Positions 1 to 10,068 of a DNA stretch of 64,000 nt are shown here, piece by piece. Position numbers and translations under genes: made by a program. This stretch comes from a virus. Location of the stretch: UHGV virus genome UHGV-1421865, one strand, 5' to 3'. Below the pieces are notes generated by a model, which worked only from the letters and a program-made list of their open reading frames with translations, was not told where the DNA came from and did no database searches. The first letter of the stretch is position 1. Each line of letters begins with the position of its first letter.

Positions 1-50
1 ATACGGCTGCGAAATACCTCAGTGTCTTACATCATTCTAAAAGATACAAG

Positions 51-1907
51 ATGTCGGCACCCGGTGAACGATTGAACGCGTTGGTGAAATTTACCAAGAT
101 GCTTTCTCATATATCTTGTAAAGAACCGTGGTACATTAAATCTATCAAGGGACTAGGACAGGCCGATTCTATTAAATTAGAAGATATGTCTAAAGAGAAG
201 GTGATAGAAATCGGCATGGGAATGGAGGCTGTCGATATGCGTCTTACCACGATGTTCGACCTGTATCGCTTCGCATGTTATGATATGGCGAACTGTAGAG
301 AGATTATCCCTGATAACCTACGGAAGTTCGAAATGCAGGTCGTCGTGTTCAATGTACCGTTGAAGAATTTCCACCAGGCGTTAAAGACCAACAGGGAGAC
401 CTTTAAGTACAAACGGCTGGAAGGAGACGAAAAGATGTCTTATAAAGTATATACCTTCCAAAACTGCGAATTCGACCCGGAATCGTTCGGTTCCGGAATG
501 CCGGATTTAGATGTAGAAAAAGCCGGTGAATTAGGACATCATACAATTAAGATAAAATACGACAGAGTCTATACGACAACCAGTGCAGAGTTTTATAATC
601 TGTTGCTGTCACCGACCGGCTTCATTCCTAGTTACAACAACAAACATGTCGCTCGAATGAAGGCGATACAAGACGCTGTATTAAATAACAAATATCACGA
701 CAAAAACGGCGAATACTCTAAAGACGTTATCTGTGCGTCGGAAGCGATAGCACAAAACGCACTATCAGAGCAAGCGGGACGTACTTTGTTGGGAAATATA
801 TACGCTGAAGATGCCGTACCCGGGTTTAGAACAAAGAAATACGACAATGCACAGGTTAGTATCGCGAAAGGCGGTAAGCTTGGGTCTTATTATAAAACTA
901 AATTAAAATATCTTAAAACAAGAGGTATGGAATCGTCTTTTATGACAGACGGTTTTAATATATTACTGAACAAGATACTCGGCGGTCGGGGTATGTCAAT
1001 CACGTCGCTGGGGAACATCTACGGATCTATCGGTAACAACGGTAATTATATTAAAGACAAAATAAAGAATCTAAAACGTGGTACACTGTATACGGGCTAT
1101 TCTTGGACACCTCCGTCGGAAGCCGACTTGCGAAGCCAAGAATTCGATAGATTCCGAAGCGGTGGTTACCGAGTCAATAAAACAACAAGCTCCGAAACGA
1201 TACTACCGTCGGCACCGAAAGAACGTCGTACCGATGCTCAACAGAAAGAACGTATTAGAAATAAGACATCCGATATTAAGAAGGGTTGGCAGAACGAAGT
1301 CGTCGGTATACCCGGTAACAATACAACTACAATGACTGTTTCGGAACATCAGTATAATATGGCTGAGTCAATCAAAGACGGTACTATTTCAAGTACGAAC
1401 GACACCGACCATGTTGCATATAAGACTAAATTAGAACAGATGACCGAACGTGTTAAGAACGGCAACGGTGACGTATTAAGTACAGTTGAGGCTGATCATG
1501 CAGCATACAAGGCTAAGATGTCTACTATGGTCGAGAAAGTCAAACAAGGAAACGGTGAAATTGTAGCTAACATACAAGCTGATCATCAAAACTACTTGGA
1601 CGAAATACAACAAATGACCGAACGTGTTAAGAACGGTAATGGTGACGTGTTAAGTACAGTCGAAGCTGATCATGTTGTATATAAGAACAAATTACAACAA
1701 ATGACCGAGCGTGTCAAACAAGGCAATGGTGATATAACAACTAACGTACAAGCTGATCATCAAAATTACTTAGATGAAATACAACAGATGACTGAACACA
1801 TAAAGAACGGCGATGAAAGTATAACATCTGGTACATCAACTGACGCTATCAGTGAACGAGGAAATCTAAAAGCTAAATTAGAAGCACTCAAAAACGGCAC
1901 TTTATAA
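51..1907 (+). CDS. Hypothetical protein. The ORF is open to the window edge, so the true start may lie upstream. C-terminal part holds six ~20-aa tandem repeats (ADHxxYxxxxQQMTERVKxGNGD...).
   Basis: Long ORF with no in-frame stop upstream of nt 51. Protein-level repeats correspond to ~120-nt DNA repeats at 1390-1850. Confidence 0.55.
   Translation: MSAPGERLNALVKFTKMLSHISCKEPWYIKSIKGLGQADSIKLEDMSKEKVIEIGMGMEAVDMRLTTMFDLYRFACYDMANCREIIPDNLRKFEMQVVVFNVPLKNFHQALKTNRETFKYKRLEGDEKMSYKVYTFQNCEFDPESFGSGMPDLDVEKAGELGHHTIKIKYDRVYTTTSAEFYNLLLSPTGFIPSYNNKHVARMKAIQDAVLNNKYHDKNGEYSKDVICASEAIAQNALSEQAGRTLLGNIYAEDAVPGFRTKKYDNAQVSIAKGGKLGSYYKTKLKYLKTRGMESSFMTDGFNILLNKILGGRGMSITSLGNIYGSIGNNGNYIKDKIKNLKRGTLYTGYSWTPPSEADLRSQEFDRFRSGGYRVNKTTSSETILPSAPKERRTDAQQKERIRNKTSDIKKGWQNEVVGIPGNNTTTMTVSEHQYNMAESIKDGTISSTNDTDHVAYKTKLEQMTERVKNGNGDVLSTVEADHAAYKAKMSTMVEKVKQGNGEIVANIQADHQNYLDEIQQMTERVKNGNGDVLSTVEADHVVYKNKLQQMTERVKQGNGDITTNVQADHQNYLDEIQQMTEHIKNGDESITSGTSTDAISERGNLKAKLEALKNGTL
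1390..1850 (+). repeat. In-frame tandem repeats (~60/120-nt units) encoding the (A)DHxxY...QMTERVKxGNGD motif six times.
   Basis: Repeated caaatgaccgaacgtgttaagaacgg and gctgatcat blocks visible directly. Confidence 0.7.
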
Positions 1908-1922
1908 CATACTTTATATATT

Positions 1923-1958
1923 AAAAGACGATCTCAGCTATTTTGGGTCGTCTTTTTT
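1923..1958. terminator. Bidirectional intrinsic terminator hairpin (aaaagacgatc-loop-ggtcgtctttttt).
   Basis: A-tract, ~11-bp GC-containing stem, T-tract. Same sequence family recurs at 2451, 10031 and 56724. Confidence 0.6.
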
Positions 1959-1984
1959 GTATCATTTTACATCGATTTGTATGA

Positions 1985-2131
1985 TTTCTGTTTTGTGTAC
2001 TGGTATACCAAACTATAACAAGCCCGTAAAGGCACTTTTTAGCCTCTCTAACGCACTCAAATGTACTTACCTTGGTACTACCAAGCCTCAACAAAAATCG
2101 TGCGTTAGAGGGGAGATTTTTGTGTGTTTTC
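1985..2131 (+). ncRNA. Structured repeat element, copy 1. Conserved 5' segment tttctgttttgtgtactggtat...cgtaaaggcacttttt, then a long nested hairpin (cctctctaacgcac...gtgcgttagagg with inner ccttggta/taccaagg) ending in a U-tract.
   Basis: 14-bp outer stem plus inner hairpin, followed by gagatttttgt. Five further full copies in the window show compensatory substitutions. Confidence 0.55.
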
Positions 2132-2297
2132 AAAATCAACCTACCTATTATGATGTTGGTTGTGTCACAACGTATAATAAAATACATATAAAGCGTACTT
2201 TACGTATATTATATGATACCTTATGGAAAATCACATTAACTTTATTAGTACAGTATCTTTAGTACTGTTTGGTAGCAGTTTAGTGTGATTTTGTCGG

Positions 2298-2444
2298 TTT
2301 CTGTTTTGTGTACTGGTATACCAAACTATAACAAGCCCGTAAAGGCACTTTTTAGCCTCTCTAACGCACTCAAATGAAGTGACCTTAGTAGTACCAAGGT
2401 CAAAGAAAAATCGTGCGTTAGAGGGTAAATTTTGTAGGTTTTTG
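2298..2444 (+). ncRNA. Structured repeat element, copy 2.
   Basis: 5' half identical to copy 1. Inner hairpin changed to gaccttagta/taccaaggtc with base pairing preserved. U-tract aaattttgt. Confidence 0.55.
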
Positions 2445-2450
2445 ATTTAG

Positions 2451-2492
2451 CAAAAAAAAAGACGACCTCAAAATAACTGAGATCGTCTTTTC
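2451..2492. terminator. Bidirectional terminator hairpin (aaaaaaaaagacgacctc...gagatcgtctttt).
   Basis: A-tract, stem, T-tract. Second member of the aagacga/tcgtctt terminator family. Confidence 0.55.
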
Positions 2493-2502
2493 TTATATGG
2501 TA

Positions 2503-2859
2503 TTAGTGTGGTAGCGACTTATAGTTTTTATCAAATGACCTACCGACCTGTGTTAGTACAGGACCGTAACTAGTGCCGATAGTGTCACCTAAATGGTCTA
2601 TTTCACCTGTACCGTATTCCATGTATACGGAAAAGTCGCGGTCTTCAAATTCCTTATTTACAGCATCGACTAAATTGTCTACTGTGTCCGGTGCTGTAAT
2701 TATCTGAAAACAACATTGCTGAAATACCTCATAGTCGAACGTATACAACTTTTGTAGTCTTTTCAATATATTGTTAATATACCATGAACGAGGCATTTGT
2801 GTATACATCACTTTATCAGACTTAACAAGACCGCCTAAGATTACACTGTATTCTTTCAT
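2503..2859 (-). CDS. Hypothetical protein (118 aa).
   Basis: ORF with 4-nt overlap (ATGA) to the upstream repeat-protein gene. No recognisable motif. Confidence 0.45.
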   Translation of the reverse strand: MKEYSVILGGLVKSDKVMYTQMPRSWYINNILKRLQKLYTFDYEVFQQCCFQIITAPDTVDNLVDAVNKEFEDRDFSVYMEYGTGEIDHLGDTIGTSYGPVLTQVGRSFDKNYKSLPH

Positions 2860-3260
2860 AATTTCTTAAATTGTGAGTTATATAATGAAAAATCTGGTTT
2901 ATGTCTATCTAAGATATAACAGCCGAAGAACATTAATGCCGCACTTTTTACATTCGATACGTCCCAACTAGCTAAATCACAATCGAAATCTTTACACAAA
3001 GTAAACATACCGTGCATGTCAGTGACGTTGCTGACGTCCCACTCGTCGATTTTGATGTTTCGAGGGTATAAATTTAGAAATAAATCAGACATGTCTGTTA
3101 TTTTGGATGTGTCGATGAAATTTAGATCTGCATCTGGTCCTTGGCGTTCTAATTCTTTTTCTATAATAGATCTGAGTTCGTCTTTTGTTGTTGATTTTAT
3201 ACTGAGTAATTTAGACTTAGATGTAATACGCAGTCTACTGGGTCTATTATGTATCGCCAT
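2856..3260 (-). CDS. DUF285-type repeat protein paralog. Head MAIHNRPSRLRITSKSK...ELERQGPDADLNFIDTS plus 3 repeats.
   Basis: Conserved head motif and WDVSNVT-xM-MF-xC-xF-CDLSxW repeats. The 5' 35 nt are near-identical to the gene at 15313-16017. Confidence 0.8.
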   Translation of the reverse strand: MAIHNRPSRLRITSKSKLLSIKSTTKDELRSIIEKELERQGPDADLNFIDTSKITDMSDLFLNLYPRNIKIDEWDVSNVTDMHGMFTLCKDFDCDLASWDVSNVKSAALMFFGCYILDRHKPDFSLYNSQFKKL

Positions 3261-3269
3261 AATAACATA

Positions 3270-4628
3270 CTAAAACTGTTTTGTTAATACTGTATTAAGT
3301 CTCTTCAAATCGGCGATGTACATTTCTTCGATTGTTTGTTTCTTAATACGTTTTATTTCTGCTTCTAGTTCTTTGTTGTCTTTTAATAGCTTGTCGTACT
3401 CTTCTTTTGTACACCGCACCATGGAGGTATGAACAAGTTCCCAGAGTAGCTTGTGCTTGTCCATATCGACCTTAATGTCTTTCTGTGGACGGTTGTTGAT
3501 CTTCAATTTGTTCTTTATAATAAGATCTATAAAACGAGCGAGGTCTGTATTCTTGTTGAGTTTCTTATTTAAGATGTCCAACAACAATGTTTTACGCTTC
3601 TTATAAATAGACAACCGCCAGTTTACAAAGTATTCTGTCAATTCATAGATGTTATTGAAATAACGAATTTTCTTGTTCTCGTCTAAGACGTACAACTGGT
3701 CGGACGGTACTTGTTTCGTCAGCTTCAGTGTCGTTCCAACGTATTTGTCGACTTGCTTGTCTGTCAATTTAGCCTTACCGGTACTGGTGAACTTGATTTT
3801 GTAGCTAATGTTAGAACCACTACTATTATTGACATAGTCCTTAACGATACCTTTCTCAATTTGTTTATTAAGGATACTTTCGAAATCGTCGAAGTCTATA
3901 TTATACGGCAACTCTGTTATTTCTAGTGTTGTCGAATTTAGTACTTTGTAAGTACCAGAACACAACCATGTGTTGTTTTCTTTATCGAACAACCATGCCG
4001 ACTTAGGAATATCTCTTATATAAGGACTAATCGTCGGTTTCTTCTTCGATTTTTCCAGGACGGCGATACAGTATTTTGTAACGTCGACAGGATTGTACGA
4101 CATACAGTAGAATCTATACCCCGGCGCCATTCCTTCTTGCATATTACAAATCACAGTCGGAATAATAGGAAGAAAACATTCCGGTTCGACATACTGTCCT
4201 TCGTCGTAGATATATTCCAACAACTCGCTGTCTGTTTTCCATATATCGGCATATTCTGATAACGACACATAAAGATAACGCGGTGCAGAAATTGCCTTCG
4301 GTGTTCGTAGCGTTCCGTTTTGTCCGTCGACGTACAGCGGATTTAGATTGAATCTAAACTGTTGCGACAGGGTGATGATAGTACCGTTCAGTGAGGCGTC
4401 ACCGTGAGGGTATAACGACAGGTTGAGTGTATCGCCCGACAGGTTGAGTAGTTTTTTCGAAGCACCGGATTTTAATCCACCGTTAAACGCAGCGTGCATG
4501 ATCTTTCGAGCACCCGTCTTTAAGCCGTCTCGTAGGTCGGGAAGGGCTCTGTTCTGGAGCACATAAAATACGTACCCTTTGTATTCTTCTGAAAGGAATT
4601 TAGATATATCTTTAGATTGTTTTGTCAT
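3270..4628 (-). CDS. DNA topoisomerase II medium subunit (GyrA/ParC N-terminal breakage-reunion domain, T4 gp52-like).
   Basis: Motifs ALPDLRDGLKTGARKIMHA, LYPHGDASL, YVDGQNGTLRTP and ISAPRYLYV (RY catalytic Tyr) match the GyrA/gp52 signature. 452 aa, close to T4 gp52 length. Confidence 0.8.
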   Translation of the reverse strand: MTKQSKDISKFLSEEYKGYVFYVLQNRALPDLRDGLKTGARKIMHAAFNGGLKSGASKKLLNLSGDTLNLSLYPHGDASLNGTIITLSQQFRFNLNPLYVDGQNGTLRTPKAISAPRYLYVSLSEYADIWKTDSELLEYIYDEGQYVEPECFLPIIPTVICNMQEGMAPGYRFYCMSYNPVDVTKYCIAVLEKSKKKPTISPYIRDIPKSAWLFDKENNTWLCSGTYKVLNSTTLEITELPYNIDFDDFESILNKQIEKGIVKDYVNNSSGSNISYKIKFTSTGKAKLTDKQVDKYVGTTLKLTKQVPSDQLYVLDENKKIRYFNNIYELTEYFVNWRLSIYKKRKTLLLDILNKKLNKNTDLARFIDLIIKNKLKINNRPQKDIKVDMDKHKLLWELVHTSMVRCTKEEYDKLLKDNKELEAEIKRIKKQTIEEMYIADLKRLNTVLTKQF

Positions 4629-4906
4629 ACTTTACTTCTATTGTGCCGTCTGTGATCATAAAACATGTTGTGTAGGTATCTTACGCTACTAGTGTCCCAT
4701 TTATCTATTTTGATGTTACCGACACAAAGACCTTCGAATAAGTAAGACATGTCTGTGATCTTAGATGTGTCGATAAAGTTCAAATCGGCATCGGGACCTT
4801 GAAGTTCCAACTCATGTTTTATAAGAATCTTCAATGCTAATTTTGACGTCGGTCTAGGTCTATACAGCTTTGTAGATGAAGTGATGTGTATTGCCATATA
4901 AATCAA
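4625..4906 (-). CDS. Truncated DUF285-type paralog (head plus 1 repeat). Its 3' end runs into the topoisomerase gene start.
   Basis: MAIHITSSTK...LELQGPDADLNFIDTSKITDMSYLF, then a divergent tail. The likely start is the internal MAIH. Confidence 0.5.
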   Translation of the reverse strand: MIYMAIHITSSTKLYRPRPTSKLALKILIKHELELQGPDADLNFIDTSKITDMSYLFEGLCVGNIKIDKWDTSSVRYLHNMFYDHRRHNRSKV

Positions 4907-5343
4907 ATAATAGGTCTATTATTAGGTTCTAATTTATGTGCACCAAAGAACATTCCTGCTTTAGATCTTAATTTAGAAAGATTCCAGTTTGATAGATCAC
5001 AATTGAATTCACTACAGTTACGGAACATTTGGTGTGTATCTTCCAGATTCGATACGTCCCATCTTGAGATGTTACTATTGAAATGTCGACAATCGTGAAA
5101 CATATAGCGCATGTTTTTCACATTAGAGACATCCCAGTATTCGATTTTGATGTTTCTGATTTGAAGATTTTCAAATAAATAACACATGTCTGTCATCTCT
5201 GATGTGTCGATAAAGTTCAAATCAGCATCCGGACCTTGACGTTCAATTTCTTGTAATATAAGCGCCTTTAATGTATATCGTGATAATACTTTAACTTTGT
5301 ATAGTTTTGAAGATGACGTAATATGTAGTGCCATATAAATCAA
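4903..5343 (-). CDS. DUF285-type repeat protein paralog (146 aa).
   Basis: Head motif QGPDADLNFIDTSEMTDM plus 3 repeats. ATGA overlap with the neighbouring gene. Confidence 0.8.
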   Translation of the reverse strand: MIYMALHITSSSKLYKVKVLSRYTLKALILQEIERQGPDADLNFIDTSEMTDMCYLFENLQIRNIKIEYWDVSNVKNMRYMFHDCRHFNSNISRWDVSNLEDTHQMFRNCSEFNCDLSNWNLSKLRSKAGMFFGAHKLEPNNRPII

Positions 5344-5780
5344 ATAATAGGTCTATTATTAGGTTCTAATTTATGTGCGTACAATAACATACCGTCTGAG
5401 TATTTTAGATTAGACAAGTTCCAACTCGATAGATCACAATTGAATTGTTTACAGCCGTAAAACATCTCTGTCATGTCTGTTACATTCGACACGTCCCAAT
5501 CACCTATACCGGCGCAATTTAAGTCGGTACAGTCATAAAACATGTGTGACATATTTTTGACATTTGAAACGTCCCACTCGTCGATTTTGATGTTTCCTAT
5601 TTCATAGCCTGTATTCTCAAACAAACCACACATATCGGTGACAAGTGATACGTCAATATGGTTCAAATAGGCATCCGGACCTTGTGTACGTAGTTCTTGT
5701 TCTATTATAGCCCGTAATTCCCCCCAAAGTATAGGTTTTATAACGAGATGTTTAGTCTTTGAAGTAATCTTGATTGCCAT
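5340..5780 (-). CDS. DUF285-type repeat protein paralog (146 aa).
   Basis: MAIKITSKTK...QGPDAYLNHIDVS head plus repeats. Confidence 0.8.
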   Translation of the reverse strand: MAIKITSKTKHLVIKPILWGELRAIIEQELRTQGPDAYLNHIDVSLVTDMCGLFENTGYEIGNIKIDEWDVSNVKNMSHMFYDCTDLNCAGIGDWDVSNVTDMTEMFYGCKQFNCDLSSWNLSNLKYSDGMLLYAHKLEPNNRPII

Positions 5781-6292
5781 TATACTTTGAATTTTGGTCT
5801 AAACTTCTTCGGTAGCGCACTACATTTTTCAAAAATGTTATTTATGCGTTTTACTTTTGATACATTCCATCGTGATATGTCTGCATTAAATATCTTACAA
5901 CAATAAAACATATTACTCATCCAAATTACGTTCGAGACATCCCATTCTGAAATATGTGCATTAAATTGTTTACAGCAATAAAACATTGCGCTCATTTCTG
6001 CCACTTTTGATACATTCCAGTTTGACAGATCTGAATTGAACTGTGTACAGCCATAAAACATGTACGACATATTCGTTACGTTTGAAGTGTCCCAGTAGTC
6101 GATTTTGATGTTTCTAGGTTTAAGTTTATTAAATAACGAAGACATGTCTTCAATCAACGACGTGTCGATGAAATTTAGATCTGCATCGGGACCTTGCTGT
6201 TCTAACTCTTGTTCTATCAACAAATGTAACTCCTCTTTCGATGTAGGTCTCTGTATCGCAGATCTAGACTTTGATGTGATTCGTATACGCAT
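5780..6292 (-). CDS. DUF285-type repeat protein paralog. The start is probably the internal Met MRIRITSKS; the ORF track extends to 6325.
   Basis: Head motif plus 4 repeats. Confidence 0.75.
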   Translation of the reverse strand: MRIRITSKSRSAIQRPTSKEELHLLIEQELEQQGPDADLNFIDTSLIEDMSSLFNKLKPRNIKIDYWDTSNVTNMSYMFYGCTQFNSDLSNWNVSKVAEMSAMFYCCKQFNAHISEWDVSNVIWMSNMFYCCKIFNADISRWNVSKVKRINNIFEKCSALPKKFRPKFKV

Positions 6293-6321
6293 AAATTTAG
6301 ATATTATACATAATAATACAA

Positions 6322-6870
6322 TCAAACCAACGACAGTAATCCGTTGACGATACCTTCATCTATTACCGAATTTACACATTTAGATAATACATCAATAGTA
6401 GCTCTGTATATCTTGTTCCTTTTCGGTGTAAATCCAGCATGCTTAGGTTTGTTCTTATTATCAAATGAACTACAAATAGCGAACATAAACCGTACATCGG
6501 TGACCTTACTCATGTTCCAACTGCGTAGGTTACAGTTGAAGTTATGACAATTCATAAACATCCCGTACATATTCCGCACGTTGTGGACGTCCCAATTAGA
6601 TAAGTCACAGTTGAAACTAGGACAGTTATAAAACATGTTCGACATATCCCTCACATTAGAAACGTCCCAGTAGTCGATTTTGATATTTCTAATGTAAAAG
6701 TGATGAAATAAAAAAGTCATGTCTTCAATATCGGACACGTCGATAAAGTTCAAATCGGCATCTGGACCTTGACGTTCTAATTCCTGACGTATCAGTTCTT
6801 GTAGCTCTTCTTTCGTAGTCGGCTTGGGTATTTTTAAGACTCTAGAACTAGATGTGATATGTAGTGCCAT
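6322..6870 (-). CDS. DUF285-type repeat protein paralog (182 aa).
   Basis: MALHITSSSR...ELERQGPDADLNFIDVS plus 3 repeats. Confidence 0.8.
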   Translation of the reverse strand: MALHITSSSRVLKIPKPTTKEELQELIRQELERQGPDADLNFIDVSDIEDMTFLFHHFYIRNIKIDYWDVSNVRDMSNMFYNCPSFNCDLSNWDVHNVRNMYGMFMNCHNFNCNLRSWNMSKVTDVRFMFAICSSFDNKNKPKHAGFTPKRNKIYRATIDVLSKCVNSVIDEGIVNGLLSLV

Positions 6871-6883
6871 AGTTGTATTTTTT

Positions 6884-7489
6884 TTATAACATAAACATAA
6901 ACAGTTGTGGTTTATGATCTGGTTCTATACCACAATTAAGAAATGTACCTGTACAATTTGCACTGTTACATGTAATAAACCAGCTGGAAAGGTCGCCGTT
7001 GAAAATTGTACAACCTTCAAATGTATTATTTAGGGATCTGACATTGGACACTTGTGGTCCCCATTCAGACAAACTACAGTTTAATTTGAAACACTCGTAA
7101 AATGTATTATCTAAGTTCTGTACGTTTGATACATTCCAAAAGTCAAGACCAATACCTTCGAAGTTGTGGCAACCGGAAAACATAGAATCCATCTTTGTGA
7201 CATTGGATACGTCCCACTTAGAAAGATCACAATTCAGTCCAGAACATCCCAAAAACATACCCTCCATATCGGTCACATTGCTGACGTCCCATTCATCGAT
7301 TTTGATATTTCGAATGTAAAATTGGTGAAACAAATACGTCATGTTGGTGATCAAAGATGTGTCTATGAAATTAAGATCAGCATCCGTACCTTGACGTTCT
7401 AGTTCATGAAATATCAACGTAATTAGTTCACGTTTGGTTTCAGGTCTTATTTTGAGTGCTCTTGTCTTAGATGTTATGTGAATTGCCAT
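6884..7489 (-). CDS. DUF285-type repeat protein paralog (201 aa).
   Basis: MAIHITSKTR...ELERQGTDADLNFIDTS plus 5 repeats. Confidence 0.8.
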   Translation of the reverse strand: MAIHITSKTRALKIRPETKRELITLIFHELERQGTDADLNFIDTSLITNMTYLFHQFYIRNIKIDEWDVSNVTDMEGMFLGCSGLNCDLSKWDVSNVTKMDSMFSGCHNFEGIGLDFWNVSNVQNLDNTFYECFKLNCSLSEWGPQVSNVRSLNNTFEGCTIFNGDLSSWFITCNSANCTGTFLNCGIEPDHKPQLFMFML

Positions 7490-7509
7490 AATAATAACAA
7501 TTATAAGAA

Positions 7510-8052
7510 TTACATTAGTCCTAGTATTTTACTAGCAATAGCGTTATCAATAGATTTATTGATAGTTGTAGTCATTTCATCGACTATTTCTTTATCTATA
7601 CTTCCGAGTAACTTTATACCTGGATGATTCGGCTTGTTATTTTCGTCAAAAGATTTACACATCGATAACATAAAGTTTACATTCCTTACACTTGACATGT
7701 CCCAACGTGATAAATCACAATTGAATTCATAACAATTCATAAACATAGCTTGCATGTTTGTCACTTTCGATACATCCCAATATGATAAATCACAGTTGAA
7801 TTTGGTGGCACCGCTAAACATCCCTTCCATTGTTGTCACGTTTGAAGTGTCCCAACTCTCTATCCCGATGTTCCTTATATCGAAATAATAGAATAACCAA
7901 GACATATCGGTAATCAACGACGTATCGATAAAGTTCAAGTCAGCATCCGGACCTTGCTTATATAGTTCTTTATCTATAAGTTGCCTAAGTTCTTTTCTGG
8001 TGGTAGGTCTAAATACCGCCAATTTAGAATCTGATGTGATGTGTATTGCCAT
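7510..8052 (-). CDS. DUF285-type repeat protein paralog (180 aa).
   Basis: MAIHITSDSK...QGPDADLNFIDTS plus 3 repeats. Confidence 0.8.
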   Translation of the reverse strand: MAIHITSDSKLAVFRPTTRKELRQLIDKELYKQGPDADLNFIDTSLITDMSWLFYYFDIRNIGIESWDTSNVTTMEGMFSGATKFNCDLSYWDVSKVTNMQAMFMNCYEFNCDLSRWDMSSVRNVNFMLSMCKSFDENNKPNHPGIKLLGSIDKEIVDEMTTTINKSIDNAIASKILGLM

Positions 8053-8055
8053 AGA

Positions 8056-8835
8056 TCAATAAACTGTGTAAGACCAACCACCACGATCCCCGAAACGTCG
8101 GTACATATCGAGTAGGACAAATTTAGTGTTGTTATACATTGTCGTTTGTGAACCGTGATAGTGACCGTAGTACCATTCTTTTATAGTATATTTTCTAATC
8201 AGTTTGTCGTGCAGCTTGTTTAGACCTTCACGTTCTGCCTTTATATCGTCTTCCAATCTGTCGTCTTGTTCGTACCACTCTTTTAGGTTTATATCACTGT
8301 AAGGGTACACATAATACGGGCTTGAATGTGTGACGACAGTGTCTATATCGAAGTCGGATTTCAGAATCTCGTCTAATACTTCTGGTTTATATACAAAAGC
8401 CTCACCAGGCCAGTAGGTTTTATATACACTATCTTTATCACAACCTATACGCATCTTCCTGTCAATAGACACAGCCCCACCGACAAACAGAAACGTTCTA
8501 TTTTGTGTTTTAATAACAGTATAGTCCGGTACAAACAGTATGTGACCGAAATCGTATGTTAGACGAAACCAAGAAGGATCGTCGTGGTTACCTCGGATAG
8601 CGACAACAGTGCAATCTCGTTCTTCAAGTGTTTTATTAAGGTTGTTTATTCGGATCATCGTGTTTTGAAAGTCACCGAATCCTACACCGAAATCCCCTAC
8701 TTGAACAAGTAGCGTATTTGTTATATCGTTATCTTGAACAAACTTAGAGATAGCTTCGAATTCACCGTGGATGTCACCCAACATTATCACGCTATCGTAG
8801 TCCAGTTTAATTTTGCTTAGTATTTTATAGTCCAT
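8056..8835 (-). CDS. Calcineurin-like metallophosphoesterase.
   Basis: Motifs GDIHGE, VGDFGVGF and IRGNHDD match the GDxHG/GDxxDRG/GNH(D/E) phosphoesterase signature. Confidence 0.65.
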   Translation of the reverse strand: MDYKILSKIKLDYDSVIMLGDIHGEFEAISKFVQDNDITNTLLVQVGDFGVGFGDFQNTMIRINNLNKTLEERDCTVVAIRGNHDDPSWFRLTYDFGHILFVPDYTVIKTQNRTFLFVGGAVSIDRKMRIGCDKDSVYKTYWPGEAFVYKPEVLDEILKSDFDIDTVVTHSSPYYVYPYSDINLKEWYEQDDRLEDDIKAEREGLNKLHDKLIRKYTIKEWYYGHYHGSQTTMYNNTKFVLLDMYRRFGDRGGWSYTVY

Positions 8836-9071
8836 TATTCATTATTAAAATTAGCAAATTGCTCGTTCATTTTATCAAACAGGTCAATGTATTGATCATG
8901 GTACTTTTCTCGACGCTCTTGTGACATATTAAGAATACCTGTTTGAATAATACCATCTAATAAGCGCCATTCTTGTCTAGTTAATGTAAGAGAATAATTT
9001 TGTGATGACGGTACGCTCCTTTTACATATACGTCTTACTCGTTTAATTATATCTTTAATGAAGTCTAACAT
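8835..9071 (-). CDS. Hypothetical protein (78 aa).
   Basis: ORF abutting the upstream gene. No motif. Confidence 0.4.
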   Translation of the reverse strand: MLDFIKDIIKRVRRICKRSVPSSQNYSLTLTRQEWRLLDGIIQTGILNMSQERREKYHDQYIDLFDKMNEQFANFNNE

Positions 9072-9074
9072 ATT

Positions 9075-9506
9075 CTAATTTATGTTTTGATGTATCTTAA
9101 ATAGAATTTTTACATTATTGTTTTCTACAATCTCCAACACAGACCAGTAGGTATCGTACTCGTACACAGTAACGACGACCTTGTCTCCGGTATATGTATT
9201 TAGACCTTTCATGATAAGTTTTTTGAGCCGCTTGCCGTCCCGCTTATAATATGTTTTCTTATAAGACTCAAATGTATAAAAGTATTGGTCTCCTTCGTTG
9301 TCTTCCATCGCCATTCTGGGATAGTCGAGTTCCATATACAGCTTAATCTGTGACTCTCTGTACTCGGACCAACGTTCACCTTCATTGTTCGATACGTAAA
9401 CAGTTCCACATTTATAAGTGCGTATAGGGCCGGCACCCACACTACTTGCATTGAATAACAAAGCCATTAATACTGTGATTATTCCATATTTGAGATAGAT
9501 ACCCAT
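9075..9506 (-). CDS. Secreted hypothetical protein with an N-terminal signal peptide.
   Basis: Hydrophobic N-terminus MGIYLKYGIITVLMALLFNASSVGAG. Confidence 0.5.
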   Translation of the reverse strand: MGIYLKYGIITVLMALLFNASSVGAGPIRTYKCGTVYVSNNEGERWSEYRESQIKLYMELDYPRMAMEDNEGDQYFYTFESYKKTYYKRDGKRLKKLIMKGLNTYTGDKVVVTVYEYDTYWSVLEIVENNNVKILFKIHQNIN

Positions 9507-9871
9507 GTTGATTAAATAGTTGATTTGTGTATTATATAGTCTATTTTATGCTGAGAATCAGTGCATGTGACGTCCAGATTATTAACTATATTTTTGATAC
9601 AGATATGGACATCAAAAACGCACCGAAAAGTAAAATGTCGTTATATAAAGAAAAATATGAATACAACGGTAGTAACAAGTACGACTATGCCGCGAACGGG
9701 GTACTCACCAAAACACTTCCGAAGATACTATTTAAGGGCAATTCCTTGTTCGTTACATTCTTACAACTCATTGACCTTCGTATTATCAACCTACTAAAAT
9801 ACATCGACGAACTTAAAAACTTCAAGTCTGTTTGATACTATTTTGCTCGCATTTTGGTCTGATTTGCGCGG

Positions 9872-10015
9872 TTTCTGTTTTGTGTACTGGTATGCAAATA
9901 CCCAACGTCCACGTAAAGGCACTTTTTAGGCTCTCTGGCGCACTCAAATTAGTTGGGCTTAGTATGTGTAAGGTCCAACAAAAATCGTGCGTTACAGGGC
10001 AAATTTTCTTAGGTT
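9872..10015 (+). ncRNA. Structured repeat element, copy 3.
   Basis: Conserved 5' segment. Outer stem ctctctggcgcac/gtgcgttacaggg with G-U and compensatory changes. U-tract aaattttctt. Confidence 0.5.
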
Positions 10016-10030
10016 TGGACTTTAGAAAAT

Positions 10031-10068
10031 AAACAAGACGATCTTATTCACTTAGGATCGTCTTGTTT
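10031..10068. terminator. Terminator hairpin aacaagacgatc-loop-gatcgtcttgttt (perfect 12-bp stem).
   Basis: Third member of the aagacgatc terminator family. Sits directly after ncRNA-like copy 3 and the convergent gene end at 10080. Confidence 0.6.

Noticed and set aside
1985-2444. Possibility that the ~150-nt structured elements are tRNAs, CRISPR repeats or known self-cleaving ribozymes
   Set aside because: There is no cloverleaf or GTTC T-loop. Copies are ~150 nt, irregularly spaced, with no spacer-like unique inserts, so not CRISPR. No hammerhead CUGAUGA...GAAA core is present, and I could not match a twister or pistol core with confidence.
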